From an uncultured Alphaproteobacteria bacterium (lineage in GTDB: Bacteria > Pseudomonadota > Alphaproteobacteria > ATCC43930 > CGMCC-115725), in the NCBI GenBank assembly GCA_963738185.1, contig CAVTVA010000003.1:128076-192075 (forward strand): 64,000 bases of DNA. Direction: 5' to 3'. Positions 43,751 to 53,965 of the stretch are shown piece by piece; within the stretch, counting starts at the first letter, position 1; each line of letters opens with the position of its first letter. Under the pieces are notes generated by a model. It had not been told where the DNA came from. It did no database searches and was given only the letters and a program-made list of their open reading frames with translations. The translations under genes were made by a program, and so were the position numbers.

Positions 43751-44845
43751 TCAGTACGTCTCCTTCGCGAGGTTCAGGTGCGGGAAGGCGCTGTGCACGT
43801 GCGGCGGCACCACTTGGCGGGCCGGGCGGATGTAGGATTTGTCGAGCTCGTGCCAGCCGGTGACGCCCAACAGCGACAGGCAGATGCGGATTTCGTCTTC
43901 GAGAATCTCGAAGAGGCGCACCACTCCCGGCGCGCCGGCGGCGGCGAGCCCATAGACATAGAGCCGGCCGCAGGCGACCGCATCGGCGCCGAGGGTCAGC
44001 GCCTTGACCACGTCGGTGCCGCGATAGATGCCGCCATCGACCAGGATCGTCGCCCGCCCGCCGACCGCCTCGACGACTTCCGGCAACACATCGATCGAGC
44101 CGACCCCTTGGTCTAGCTGGCGCCCGCCATGGTTTGACACATAGACGCAATCGACCCCGTGCTCGAGCGCCAACTTGGCGTCCTCGGCGGTGGCGATGCC
44201 CTTCAGAATGAGCGGAATGTCGAAACTCTTTTTGATCCGCTCGATGTCGCGCCAATTGAACTGCGCCTGGTAGATGCGGGCGTCGTTGACGCGCACCCGC
44301 CCGCGCTGATGGCGCTTAGCAATGTCGCGCTCGCGCCGCGAATAGCTGTCGGTATCGATCGTCAGGCAGAACGCGTTGTAGCCTTGGTCGATTGTGCGGC
44401 GGACATGATCGTCGACCCAGGCGGCGTCGCCGCGGACATAGAGCTGGAAAATCCGAAACCCGTCGCCCGAAGCCTTGGCGGTTTCGTCGAGCCCCGGATG
44501 CGACACCGAGGAGAGGATCATGCCGTTGCCGAACTCGCGCGTCGCCGCGGCGACGGTGGCCCCGCCGCCCGGCTCGAACACCTCCAACGAGCCGACCGGC
44601 GCGCACAACACCGGGATGCGCAGCTTTTTGCCAAACAGCGCCCGGCTGCAATCGACATTCGATACATCGCGCAATACCCGCGGCCGGAAGCCGATCGCAT
44701 CGAGCGCCAACCGATTGCGCGCCAGGGTGGTTTCGGTCTCCGAGCCGCCGATCAGATAATCCCAGTTGTTGCGGTCGAGATTGTTGCGCGCCTGGGTGAC
44801 GAACTCGTGCAAATTCTGAAAGCGGGTCGCGATCAATTCGGGCAT
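43751..44845 (-). CDS. FMN-dependent alpha-hydroxy-acid oxidase/dehydrogenase family protein
   Basis: Start ATG 44845 (GAGG upstream). PLILKGIATAEDA, VYVSNHGGRQLD, LVDGGIYRGTDVVKALTLGA. The upstream 58 codons of ORF 43751..45019 are rejected. Confidence 0.85.
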   Translation of the reverse strand: MPELIATRFQNLHEFVTQARNNLDRNNWDYLIGGSETETTLARNRLALDAIGFRPRVLRDVSNVDCSRALFGKKLRIPVLCAPVGSLEVFEPGGGATVAAATREFGNGMILSSVSHPGLDETAKASGDGFRIFQLYVRGDAAWVDDHVRRTIDQGYNAFCLTIDTDSYSRRERDIAKRHQRGRVRVNDARIYQAQFNWRDIERIKKSFDIPLILKGIATAEDAKLALEHGVDCVYVSNHGGRQLDQGVGSIDVLPEVVEAVGGRATILVDGGIYRGTDVVKALTLGADAVACGRLYVYGLAAAGAPGVVRLFEILEDEIRICLSLLGVTGWHELDKSYIRPARQVVPPHVHSAFPHLNLAKETY

Positions 44846-45098
44846 GGTTTTAGACCTCGGTGGACGGGCGGCGATGTCAGGCGATGGCAGCCGAGCTCCA
44901 GGCCGGGTCCCGGCCGGGCAACTTACCCTAGCCGACGCCGGGTGCGCCGGCAATCGCTTCGGCCGTGCGGTTTTTGCGCTTGGGCTTGATCGCCCGGTGT
45001 CGCTACGATGGCCGGACATTCGCCGTCGGCGGTCCCGGCCCGCGGCGGCCTTTGTTCAACCGGACGCGACAAGCCCCGCGCCAGAGGAGACGCTTCTA

Positions 45099-46070
45099 AT
45101 GCCCCGCATCCTGACCCCGGCCACCCATTCCGAAGAGACCCTCGAAATCGCCCGCGACCTGCTGCCGCCGGGCTACGATCTGGTCATGGCGCCGCACGGC
45201 CGGCCCGAATTCTGGGACTTGCTCAAAGACACCGAATATTACATCGGCGCCGGGCAATTCCCGCACGGCCCGGATTTTTATCAGAAGGCGCCAAAGCTGC
45301 GCATCGTGCAGACCTTGAGCGCCGGCTACAACACCTATGATCTCGATGCGGCGCGGTCGGCCGGCATCCCGATCTGCAACAATGGCGGCGCCAATTCGAC
45401 CGCGGTCGCCGAGCACGCGATGATGCTGATGCTGGCGGTGGCCCGCAAGCTGATCTGGCAGCATGAAGGCGTGTCGTCCGGGCGCTGGCGCGGCAACGAT
45501 TTCAACGCGACCAAGCTCTATGAGATCGAGGACAAGACCCTCGGCATCATCGGCCTCGGCAACATCGGCAAAAAGGTCGCCCGCCGCGCCAAGGCGTTCG
45601 ACATGCACATCAAGTATTACGACATCAACCGGCTGACCACCGACCAGGAGGATGCGCTGGGTGTGCGGTTTGCGCTGTTTCCCGAGCTGATCAAGACATC
45701 CGACATCATCACCCTGCACGTGCCGCTCGACAAATCGACGCACAATTTGATTGGCGAGCGCGAGCTCGGCTGGATGAAGCCGACCGCGATCCTGATCAAC
45801 ACCTGCCGCGGCCCGGTGGTGGACGAAAAGGCGCTCTACAACGCGCTGCGGGACGAGAAGATTCTGGGCGCCGGGCTCGACGTGATGGTCGAGGAGCCGC
45901 CCAAGCCCGACCATGAGCTGTTCACCCTGAAGAACATCACCTTCAGCCCGCACGGCGCCGGCCCGACCTGGGACAATCATTGGAAGCGCTGGCGCAACGC
46001 GTTTGACAATTTCGAGCGCGTCGCCCGCGGCCAAAAGCCGTTCTGGATCGTCCCCGAGCTGCGCGACTGA
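45099..46070 (+). CDS. D-isomer-specific 2-hydroxyacid dehydrogenase family protein
   Basis: Start ATG 45099 (AGAGGAGA RBS). TLGIIGLGNIGKKVARRA (NAD fold), ILINTCRGPVVDE, GAGLDV, SPHGAG. Confidence 0.85.
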   Translation: MPRILTPATHSEETLEIARDLLPPGYDLVMAPHGRPEFWDLLKDTEYYIGAGQFPHGPDFYQKAPKLRIVQTLSAGYNTYDLDAARSAGIPICNNGGANSTAVAEHAMMLMLAVARKLIWQHEGVSSGRWRGNDFNATKLYEIEDKTLGIIGLGNIGKKVARRAKAFDMHIKYYDINRLTTDQEDALGVRFALFPELIKTSDIITLHVPLDKSTHNLIGERELGWMKPTAILINTCRGPVVDEKALYNALRDEKILGAGLDVMVEEPPKPDHELFTLKNITFSPHGAGPTWDNHWKRWRNAFDNFERVARGQKPFWIVPELRD

Positions 46071-46225
46071 AGGACCCACGGCCCCGGTGGATCAGGCCCG
46101 CCCGGTCCACCGGCAATACCCGCTTAGCCGCCGATCACCCGGCCGCCGACCGGGAGCGGCGACGATTGTCCCTGCGTTGGCGCGCGATCGGATGTAAAAG
46201 CCTCTCACATGAGAGGGGCAAAGGC

Positions 46226-46310
46226 GATAATCAGGTCGGGGCGATGAGCGGGTCGCGGCGATGAGCTGGTCGGGCCGATGAGCTGGTCGGGCCGATGAGC
46301 TGGTCGGGCC
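46226..46310 (+). repeat. 17-bp tandem repeat x5 (gatgagctggtcgggcc; 3 perfect and 2 degenerate copies) ending in the TetR start codon
   Basis: Units at 46226, 46243, 46260, 46277 and 46294. Each of the last four carries an ATG. The first three of those open 6-codon ORFs (MSGSRR*, MSWSGR*, MSWSGR*) whose TGA overlaps the next ATG (ATGA). Confidence 0.85.
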
Positions 46311-46951
46311 GGGGCCCGGACGGCCGGCGTGGCTATCACCATGGCAATCTGCGCGAGGCGCTGATCGAGGCCGCCCTCGACCTGATCGCCAAAAAAGGGC
46401 CGGGCGGCTTCACCTTTGCCGACGCCGCGCGCTCGGCCGGGGTCAGCTCGGCGGCGCCCTACCGTCATTTTCGCGACCGCGACGCGCTGATCGCCGATGT
46501 CGCGCGGCGCGGCTTCGAGCTGTTTGCCGCCCATCTCGACCGCGCCTGGAACGACGGCCGCCCCGACCCCTTCACCGCTTTCGAGAATGTCGGGCGCGCC
46601 TATCTGGCCTTTGCCCGTAACGAGCCCTCCTATTATTCGGCGATGTTCGAGGCCGGGCTGTCGTTTGATGACGATCCGGCCTTGCGCCAGGCCGCCGACC
46701 GCAGCTTTGCCGTGCTGCGCCACGCCTCGGAAATTTTGTGCGCGCGGCTGCCGGCGGAAAAGCGGCCGCCATCCCTGATGATGAGCCTCCATATCTGGGC
46801 CATGTCGCACGGCGTCGCCTCGCTGTTCGCCCGCGGCGACGGCGGCCGGCGCCGATTGCCGATGACCGCCGAGGACCTGCTCGAGGCGGGGGTGCTGATT
46901 TACCTGCGCGGCCTCGGGGTCATCGCCGAGCCGGCCGGCCCGCGGCGCTGA
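46295..46951 (+). CDS. TetR/AcrR-family regulator (WHG-type C-terminal domain)
   Basis: GYHHGNLREALIEAALDLIAKKGPGGFTFADAARSAGVSSAAPYRHF is the HTH. SLHIWAMSHGVASL is WHG-like. Confidence 0.85.
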   Translation: MSWSGRGPDGRRGYHHGNLREALIEAALDLIAKKGPGGFTFADAARSAGVSSAAPYRHFRDRDALIADVARRGFELFAAHLDRAWNDGRPDPFTAFENVGRAYLAFARNEPSYYSAMFEAGLSFDDDPALRQAADRSFAVLRHASEILCARLPAEKRPPSLMMSLHIWAMSHGVASLFARGDGGRRRLPMTAEDLLEAGVLIYLRGLGVIAEPAGPRR

Positions 46952-47009
46952 CACGGGCGGCCTTGACAGGCGATATGGTCGCAGTTATGTAAATGTTAGA
47001 AACATTCAC

Positions 47010-47480
47010 ATGGGTGCGGTGATGTACCACTTGGCGGCGCATCTCGACGATCTCGGCAAGCCCGCTTGGATCGGGCTGACGGTGTTGAGCTTTCTCGTGT
47101 GGTGGCCGCTTGGCCTGGTGGTTCTGGGATTTCTGATCGGGAGTGGGCGAATGGCATGCTGGGTTCAGGGCGGCGGCGGGCGCTGGCAGCGGCGCATGGA
47201 TCGGATGCAGCAGCGGATGAGCCGCATGCAGGCGGCCGCCGAGCGCTGGGGCTGCGGCGGGGGCGGCGGGGGTGGAACGCGCGCGCGCTCGGCCACCGGC
47301 AACCGGGCCTTTGACGAATACCGCGCCGAGACCCTGCGCCGGCTCGAAGAGGAGCAGCGCGAGTTTATGGAATTTCTCGACCGCCTGCGCCACGCCAAGG
47401 ACAAGGCCGAGTTCGACGAGTTCATGGCCGAGCGGCGGCATCGCTCCGACGGCCCCGCGCCGCAGCCGCAGGGCATCTGA
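47010..47480 (+). CDS. DUF2852-like membrane protein
   Basis: N-terminal TM pair (WIGLTVLSFLVWWPLGLVVLGFLIG). Gly-rich linker. C-terminal NRAFDEYRAETLRRLEEEQREFMEFLDRLRHAKDKAEFDEFM. Confidence 0.65.
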   Translation: MGAVMYHLAAHLDDLGKPAWIGLTVLSFLVWWPLGLVVLGFLIGSGRMACWVQGGGGRWQRRMDRMQQRMSRMQAAAERWGCGGGGGGGTRARSATGNRAFDEYRAETLRRLEEEQREFMEFLDRLRHAKDKAEFDEFMAERRHRSDGPAPQPQGI

Positions 47481-47593
47481 ACGCGCTGGGGTTTGTGCCG
47501 CGAGGCAGGGCGCTGCTCTCGCTATCGGCAAGGTTGCTGCGCGGCGGCGCTTGGGCTAAATCCCGGCTCCCTTGAGCCTCGCCGGAGCCGGAG

Positions 47594-49582
47594 ATGCAGC
47601 ACCAGTCTTCCGCCGCCGAGGGCTCGCCAGGTCCGGCGGGCCCGGCGCCCGTGGTGATGACGCCGCTGGTCGTGACCTTGCCGGACGGCAGCCGGCGGAG
47701 CTTTGCCGGGCCGGTCAGCGGCGCTGAGATCGCGGCCGCGATCGGGCCGGGGCTGGCCAAGGCGGCCATCGCCATCCAGGTCGATGGCCGGCTGCGCGAC
47801 CTCGCCTCATCGGTCGATCATGATGCCGCCGTTGCGGTCATCACCCGCGACACGCCCGAGGGTCTCGAAATCCTGCGCCACGACGCCGCCCACGTCATGG
47901 CCGAGGCGGTCAAGGAGCTCTACCCCGAGGCCCAGGTCACTTTTGGCCCGGCGACCGAGACCGGCTTCTATTACGATTTCGCCCGTGCCGAGCCGTTCAC
48001 CCCCGAGGATCTCGCCAAAATCGAAGAGCGGATGCGCGCGATCGTGCGCCGCGACGAGCCGATCACCCGCGAAATCTGGGACCGAGACGCGGCGATCGCC
48101 TTTTTCGCCGGCATCGGCGAGCGCTATAAGGCCGAATACATCGCCGAGATCCCGCAGGACGAGGAGATAAGCCTTTATCGCCAGGGCGGGTTTGTCGATC
48201 TGTGCGCGGGGCCGCATTTGCCTTCGACCGGCCGTCTCGGCCAGGCGTTCAAGCTGACCAACGTGGCCGGCGCCTATTGGCGCGGCGATTCAAAAAACGC
48301 GCAATTGCAGCGCATCTACGGCACCGCGTGGGCGAGCCAGAAAGAGCTCGACCAGTATTTGTTCAGGATCGAGGAGGCCGAGCGCCGCGACCACCGCCGG
48401 CTCGGCCGCGAGCTCGAATTGTTTCATCTCGGCGAGGAGGCGGTCGGCAGCGTCTTTTGGCACCCCAAGGGCTGGACCCTGTTCCGGATCATCGAAGATT
48501 ACATGCGCCGCCGGCTCGACGCCGCCGGCTATCTCGAGGTCAAGGGGCCACAGCTGCTCGACCGCAGCCTGTGGGAAAAATCCGGGCATTGGGAGAATTT
48601 CCGCGAGAATATGTTTATCGCCCAAAGCCGCGACGATCGGGTGCTCGCGGTCAAGCCGATGAACTGCCCGGGCCATGTGCTGATCTTTCGCGACCGGCTC
48701 CGGAGCTATCGCGAATTGCCGATGCGGCTCGCCGAATTCGGCAGCTGCACGCGCAACGAGCCGTCCGGTGCGCTGCACGGCATCATGCGGGTGCGCGCCT
48801 TCACCCAGGACGACGCGCATATTTTTTGCACCGAGGACCAGATCACCGGCGAATCGATCGCGTTCTGCCGGCTGCTGCTGTCGGTCTACAAGGATTTCGG
48901 GTTTGCGGATGTGGCGATCAAATTCGCCGACCGGCCGACCCCGCGCACCGGTAGCGACGCGACCTGGGACCGGGCCGAACAGAGCCTCAAGGACGCGGTC
49001 GCGGCGGCCGGGATCGCCTATACGCTGGCGCCCGGCGAGGGCGCCTTCTATGGCCCGAAGCTCGAATTTCATCTGCGCGACGCGCTCGGCCGCGACTGGC
49101 AATGCGGCACGTTGCAGCTCGATTTCAACATGCCCGAGCGGCTTGGCGCCAGCTATGTCGGCGAGGATGGCGGGCGCCACGTCCCGGTCATGCTGCATCG
49201 GGCGATCCTCGGCTCGATGGAGCGGTTTATCGGCATTCTGATCGAGCATTACGCCGGGCGGTTTCCGCTGTGGCTGGCCCCGGTGCAGCTTGTCGTCGCC
49301 TCGATTACCGAAGAAGCGGCCAGCTACGCGGCCGAGGTCGCTGGCATCTGCTCCGCTGCGGGGCTCAGGGCCGTGCTCGACAACGGCAACGAAAAAATCT
49401 CGTACAAGGTGCGCGAGCACAGCCTTGCCAAGGTGCCGCTCATGCTGGTCGTCGGGCGGCGCGAGGCGGAGAGCCGTTCGGTCGCGCTGCGCCGGCTTGG
49501 CGGCAACGCGCAGGAAGCTCTTGCGCTCGGCGAAGCGGTCGCTAGATTGAGGGAGGAGGCGGCGGTTCCGTCGTCTGCCTAA
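47594..49582 (+). CDS. thrS: Threonine--tRNA ligase
   Basis: TGS start [12 protein letters not shown]. Editing and catalytic blocks [62 protein letters not shown]. Anticodon-binding tail. Start is ATG 47594 or ATG 47657. Confidence 0.92.
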   Translation: MQHQSSAAEGSPGPAGPAPVVMTPLVVTLPDGSRRSFAGPVSGAEIAAAIGPGLAKAAIAIQVDGRLRDLASSVDHDAAVAVITRDTPEGLEILRHDAAHVMAEAVKELYPEAQVTFGPATETGFYYDFARAEPFTPEDLAKIEERMRAIVRRDEPITREIWDRDAAIAFFAGIGERYKAEYIAEIPQDEEISLYRQGGFVDLCAGPHLPSTGRLGQAFKLTNVAGAYWRGDSKNAQLQRIYGTAWASQKELDQYLFRIEEAERRDHRRLGRELELFHLGEEAVGSVFWHPKGWTLFRIIEDYMRRRLDAAGYLEVKGPQLLDRSLWEKSGHWENFRENMFIAQSRDDRVLAVKPMNCPGHVLIFRDRLRSYRELPMRLAEFGSCTRNEPSGALHGIMRVRAFTQDDAHIFCTEDQITGESIAFCRLLLSVYKDFGFADVAIKFADRPTPRTGSDATWDRAEQSLKDAVAAAGIAYTLAPGEGAFYGPKLEFHLRDALGRDWQCGTLQLDFNMPERLGASYVGEDGGRHVPVMLHRAILGSMERFIGILIEHYAGRFPLWLAPVQLVVASITEEAASYAAEVAGICSAAGLRAVLDNGNEKISYKVREHSLAKVPLMLVVGRREAESRSVALRRLGGNAQEALALGEAVARLREEAAVPSSA

Positions 49583-49635
49583 CGATATCGGCGGAACCGG
49601 GGCGATCCGCAGCAACCGCAGAGAGGAGACACTAG

Positions 49636-50172
49636 ATACCCAGACCCCCGATGAACCTCGCCCCGACCCGCGAGGGTCCCCGGATCAACGACGAGATCGG
49701 CGTGCCGCGCGTGCGCCTGGTCGATGACCGGGGCAATATGGTGGGGGTGGTCGGGCGCAACGAAGCGCTCGCCATGGCCGCCGACGCCGGTTTCGACCTG
49801 GTCGAGATCGCGCCCAATGCCGACCCGCCGGTCTGCAAGATGCTCGACTTCGGCAAATACAAATACGAAGAGCAAAAAAAGAAAAACGAAGCGCGCAAAA
49901 AGCAGAAGATTATCGAAGTTAAAGAAATCAAGCTGCGCCCCAGCATCGACGATCATGATTACGACGTCAAGATGCGCAGCATGACCAAATTTCTCGAGGA
50001 AGGCGACAAGGTCAAGGTGACGATGCGGTTCCGCGGGCGCGAATTGGCGCATCAGGAGCTGGGCATGGACGTCTTGATCCGGGTCCGCGACAACCTTCAG
50101 GAAATCGCCAAGGTCGAGCAGATGCCGCGCATGGAAGGCCGGCAGATGACCATGGTGATGTCGCCGAAATAG
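49636..50172 (+). CDS. infC: Translation initiation factor IF-3, probable ATA start
   Basis: ...[27 protein letters not shown]...[25 protein letters not shown]...[17 protein letters not shown].... AGGAG at 49624-49628 is 7 nt from in-frame ATA 49636, which directly follows an in-frame TAG. The first ATG (49651) is 22 nt from the SD. Confidence 0.85.
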   Translation: MPRPPMNLAPTREGPRINDEIGVPRVRLVDDRGNMVGVVGRNEALAMAADAGFDLVEIAPNADPPVCKMLDFGKYKYEEQKKKNEARKKQKIIEVKEIKLRPSIDDHDYDVKMRSMTKFLEEGDKVKVTMRFRGRELAHQELGMDVLIRVRDNLQEIAKVEQMPRMEGRQMTMVMSPK

Positions 50173-50345
50173 CCCGCGATATATTTTGCCTGCCTCGCGT
50201 CTTGCGCACGCAGGCCGCGAAGAGCATTGTCATGGATGCCAATCTCCCGGCGAGCCGAACCGCCAAGGCCGGACCGTCCCCCTTTGAGTTCGATCGCAGT
50301 AATTAAGCCCGAACGGATGATGCTCGATCGTGGACGGCTGCATCG

Positions 50346-50487
50346 AGATTGCTTCGTCGCGAAGCCTGTCCTCGGGCCGCGCAAAGCACGGTCAGCGGGC
50401 TCCTCGCAATGATACCTTTGAGGCGTCATTGCGAGCCCACGGGTCGGCGCGATGCGCCGCCCGAGGACAGGCTCCGCGAAGCAATCT
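50346..50487. repeat. Nested palindromic REP composite (~140 bp)
   Basis: Outer arms are agattgcttcgtcgcgaagcctgtcctcgggc and gcccgaggacaggctccgcgaagcaatct. Inner arms are ctcctcgcaatgat and gtcattgcgagc. Located between infC and cydA. Confidence 0.7.
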
Positions 50488-50557
50488 TGGGCGGCGACAC
50501 GGGTGCGGAGTGTCAGGTTCGCCCCGCTAGAATGCCGTCACTCGACAGGAGCGAGCG

Positions 50558-51940
50558 GTGAACCTCGGCACGGTGCTGCTGTCGCGCGTGCAGTTCGCCT
50601 TTACGATCGGCTTTCATATCTTGTGGCCGGCCTACACGATCGGTATTTCCGGATTTATTGTCCTGCTCAACATCTTGTGGCTGCGCACCGGACGTGCGGT
50701 CTACCACGACCTGCTGCGCTTCTGGATCCATTTGTTCGCGCTGGGCTTTGCCATGGGGGTGGTGACCGGCGTGGTCATCTCCTACGAGATCGGGATGAAC
50801 TGGAGCGGCTATGCCGCAGCGGTCAGCAATGTCATTGGCCCGTTCTTTACCTACGAGGTGATGACCGCCTTTTTTCTCGAGGCGGGCTTTATCGGGATCA
50901 TGTTGTTTGGCATGGATCGCGTCAGCCCGGGCGTGCATTTCGTGTCCTGCCTGATGGTGGCGCTCGGCGCGCTGGCCAGCGCCTTTTGGATCCTTTCGGC
51001 CAACAGCTGGATGCAGACGCCGGCCGGCTTCACCTTCGCCGACGGCAAGTTCCAGATCGCCAGCTGGTGGAGCGCGATCTTCAACCCCTCCTTTCCCTAT
51101 CGCTTCGCGCATATGGTGACCGCCGCCTACATCGCCGGCGATTTTGTCGTGATCGGGGTCCTGGGCTTTTACCTGTGGCGCGGCCGGCACATCGAGATCG
51201 CCAAGGCTGGATTTTCGCTGGCGATGTGGATCGCGATCATCCTGACGCCGCTGCAGATTTTTCTCGGCGACGCGCACGGCCGAAACACGCTCCAATACCA
51301 GCCGATCAAGGTCGCGGCGATGGAGGGCGACTGGGAGACCAAGCGAGGCCAGCCGCTGGTCATCTTCGCCTGGCCCGACATGGCCGCCCAGCGCAACGAG
51401 TACGAGCTCGCGATCCCGCGGGTCGGCAGCCTGATCCTGACCCACAGCTGGGACGGGCTGGTCAAAGGGCTCAAGGCCGCGCCGCCGCAGGACCAGCCGC
51501 CGGTGCCCTATATCTTCTACGCGTTCCGGCTGATGGTCGGGATCGGGGTCGTGATCTTTCTGATCGCGCTCGCCGGTCTGGTGTTGCGGCTGATGCGCCG
51601 GCTTTATGACACGCGGTTGTTCGCCGCGCTCTGCGCGTTTTCGAGCCCGCTGCCGTTTCTCGCGATCTTGTGCGGCTGGACTGTTACCGAGGTGGGCCGC
51701 CAGCCCTATGTCGTCTACGGCTATCTGCGCACCGCCGACGCCGTTTCGCCGCTGAAGCCGAGCGCGGTCGCGACCTCGCTGGGGCTGTTCTTTATCGTCT
51801 ATTCGCTGCTGCTGCTGGCGTTTTTCTGGTACGCCACCCGCATCGTGCTGCGCGGCCCGGAAATCGAGCACCCGGCGGAGCATCCCATGGCGGTTCGGCC
51901 GGGCAAGGATTCGGCGCCCGCCGGCCAGCCCGCGGACTGA
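50558..51940 (+). CDS. cydA: Cytochrome bd-type quinol oxidase subunit I (short Q-loop, CioA-like)
   Basis: GTG start with AGGAG 8 nt upstream. LSRVQFAFTIGFHILWPAYTIG, SWMQTPAG, GWTVTEVGRQPYVVYG. 460 aa. Confidence 0.9.
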   Translation: MNLGTVLLSRVQFAFTIGFHILWPAYTIGISGFIVLLNILWLRTGRAVYHDLLRFWIHLFALGFAMGVVTGVVISYEIGMNWSGYAAAVSNVIGPFFTYEVMTAFFLEAGFIGIMLFGMDRVSPGVHFVSCLMVALGALASAFWILSANSWMQTPAGFTFADGKFQIASWWSAIFNPSFPYRFAHMVTAAYIAGDFVVIGVLGFYLWRGRHIEIAKAGFSLAMWIAIILTPLQIFLGDAHGRNTLQYQPIKVAAMEGDWETKRGQPLVIFAWPDMAAQRNEYELAIPRVGSLILTHSWDGLVKGLKAAPPQDQPPVPYIFYAFRLMVGIGVVIFLIALAGLVLRLMRRLYDTRLFAALCAFSSPLPFLAILCGWTVTEVGRQPYVVYGYLRTADAVSPLKPSAVATSLGLFFIVYSLLLLAFFWYATRIVLRGPEIEHPAEHPMAVRPGKDSAPAGQPAD

Positions 51941-51945
51941 TTACG

Positions 51946-52953
51946 ATGGCCTACGGCCTGCCGATATTTTTCGCCATCGCGATGGCCTTCGGGATCACCA
52001 TGTACGTGATCTCCGACGGCTTTGATCTCGGCATCGGCATCCTTTTTCTGCTGGCCCCGGCCGAAACCGACCGCGATTTGATGATGAATTCGGTCGCGCC
52101 CCTCTGGGACGGCAACGAGACCTGGCTGGTGTTTGGCGGCACAGTGCTGATCGGCGCCTTTCCGGTGGCCTACGCGACGGTGCTGCCGGCCTTCTACATC
52201 CCATTGGCGCTGATGCTGTTCGGGCTGATCTTCCGCGGCGTCGCCTTCGAGTACCGCTTTCGCGCGAGCGGCGGGCGCCGGGTGTGGGATTGGGCGTTCA
52301 GCGGCGGCTCGGCGCTCGCGGCATTCACACAGGGTCTGGTCCTCGGCTCCTATATCGACGGCATCATCGTGCGCAACGAGGTCTTTGTCGGGACCCCACA
52401 CGGGGTGGTGACCGGGTTCTCCGTGATGACCGGATTGGGGCTTCTCGCCGGCTATGCCTTGCTCGGTGCCACTTGGCTGATCATGAAGACCGACGGCGCC
52501 ACGCGGGCATTTGGCCGCAAGGCGGCCGGGCCGAGCCTCGCCCTCTCGCTGATATTTCTGCTGATCATCAGCATCTGGACCCCCCTCGACCACCCATTCG
52601 TCGCTCGGCGCTGGTTCAGCACGCCGCAGATCTACTATCTGTGGATCCCGCCGGTGCTGAGCCTCGCGGCGGCCTACGGCATCTGGCGCACCCTCGACAG
52701 CGAGCGCGAAGCGCTGCCGTTTCTATTGTCGATCGTGCTGTTCCTCTTCGCGCTGCTCGGGCTTGGCATCACGTTGTGGCCCTATGCCGTGCCTTATTCG
52801 GTGACCTTATGGGAGGCGGCGTCATCGACCCCCACCCTGGAGTTCCTGGCGGTCGGCACGGTGATCATCGTGCCGATCATCCTCGCCTATCTCGCCTACG
52901 CCCACCGGGTGTTCCGCGGCAAGACGCAGGCCGGGACCGGCTACGGCGGGTAG
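51946..52953 (+). CDS. cydB: Cytochrome bd-type quinol oxidase subunit II
   Basis: Start ATG 51946, 5 nt after the cydA stop. MYVISDGFDLGIGILF, APLWDGNETWLV, GVAFEYR. 335 aa. Confidence 0.9.
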   Translation: MAYGLPIFFAIAMAFGITMYVISDGFDLGIGILFLLAPAETDRDLMMNSVAPLWDGNETWLVFGGTVLIGAFPVAYATVLPAFYIPLALMLFGLIFRGVAFEYRFRASGGRRVWDWAFSGGSALAAFTQGLVLGSYIDGIIVRNEVFVGTPHGVVTGFSVMTGLGLLAGYALLGATWLIMKTDGATRAFGRKAAGPSLALSLIFLLIISIWTPLDHPFVARRWFSTPQIYYLWIPPVLSLAAAYGIWRTLDSEREALPFLLSIVLFLFALLGLGITLWPYAVPYSVTLWEAASSTPTLEFLAVGTVIIVPIILAYLAYAHRVFRGKTQAGTGYGG

Positions 52954-52971
52954 GTTCGGTCCCATCCCCGC

Positions 52972-53125
52972 TCGACCGGTCGACGCACTCGGCACGCATC
53001 ACCCCCACCCCGACCCGCCCCCATCGAGGGGGCGGGAGTACAAATAGGAGTGCTGATAAAGGCCCTCCCCCTTGATGGGGGAGGGTTTGGGAGGGGGTGA
53101 GCGCGGTGCAATTTGATCGGAAACC
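52972..53125. repeat. Inverted-repeat copy A (~154 bp, two 9-bp-stem hairpins)
   Basis: Near-identical to the reverse complement of 54540..54697. Contains cccgcccccATCGAgggggcggg (53014-53036) and ccctcccccTTGATgggggaggg (53063-53085). Confidence 0.85.
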
Positions 53126-53161
53126 CCGCTAGCTGCCGCAAATTTCCTCGAGCGGCTCAAC

Positions 53162-53902
53162 TCACGGTGCCGCCGGCCGGCCGGCAAACCGCTCCCATCC
53201 GGCCCGGCGCAGCTTACAGGCGGGGCAGCGCCCGCAGCCATAACCCCATTCGTGCCGATGGCTGCGGTCGCCGAGGTAGCAGCTGTGGGTTTCATCGCGG
53301 ATCAGGGTCACCAGCGGGTCGCCGCCGAGTTCGCGCGCGAGCGCCCAGGTCGCGGCCTTGTCGAGCCACATCAATGGCGTGTGGATCACAAAGCGATGAT
53401 CCATGCCGAGCGACAACGTCGCCTGCAACGCCTTCAGCGCGTCGTCGCGGCAATCGGGGTAGCCCGAATAATCGGTCTCGCACATGCCGCCGACCAGGTG
53501 GCGCAGGCCGCGCCGGTAGCCGATCGCCGCCGCCAAGGTGAAAAACATCAGATTGCGGCCGGGAACAAACGTGTTCGGCAGCCCGCCGGCATCAAACACA
53601 ATCGCGCTGTCGCGGGTCAGCGCGGTGTCGCTGATCTGCCCCAGCACGGCGAAATCCACCAGATGATCTGCGCCGAGCCGGTCGCGCCATGGCGGAAACT
53701 CGCGGCGCAAACGGTCGAGGATTATTTTCCGGCAATCGAGCTCGACCCGGTGGCGCTGACCATAGTCGAAGCCGATCGTCTCAATCGCCGCGAAACGGTC
53801 GAGCGCCCAGGCGAGACAGGTCGCCAAATCCTGGCCCCCCGAAAACAGCACTAGGCTGCGCTCGGCGCGGTTACCCAAATTGGGGCGCTGATCCTCGGAC
53901 AT
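53162..53902 (-). CDS. queC: 7-cyano-7-deazaguanine synthase
   Basis: Start ATG 53902. [19 protein letters not shown] (PP-loop), [34 protein letters not shown]-terminal zinc motif [10 protein letters not shown]. Confidence 0.9.
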   Translation of the reverse strand: MSEDQRPNLGNRAERSLVLFSGGQDLATCLAWALDRFAAIETIGFDYGQRHRVELDCRKIILDRLRREFPPWRDRLGADHLVDFAVLGQISDTALTRDSAIVFDAGGLPNTFVPGRNLMFFTLAAAIGYRRGLRHLVGGMCETDYSGYPDCRDDALKALQATLSLGMDHRFVIHTPLMWLDKAATWALARELGGDPLVTLIRDETHSCYLGDRSHRHEWGYGCGRCPACKLRRAGWERFAGRPAAP

Positions 53903-53965
53903 CCCGTTACGGGATAGTGCCGCGCCGCGCCGCAATCAACCTGGCCGGCGGCCTGGAGCGGCTAC

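Noticed and set aside
46226-46310. Whether any of the tandem repeats (4469..4513, 20862..20885, 29632..29663, 46226..46310, 59336..59377) could be a CRISPR array.
   Set aside because: The units are 12-17 bp and directly abutting with no spacers. No cas genes are present.
47563-47591. Hairpin CCGGCTCC-N13-GGAGCCGG that sequesters the GGAG before thrS ATG 47594. It is a possible ThrRS operator, analogous to E. coli thrS autoregulation.
   Set aside because: The loop contains no tRNA-Thr anticodon-like triplet (CGU/GGU/UGU). The true start may instead be ATG 47657, which would place the hairpin inside or far from the initiation region. The evidence is too weak to call.
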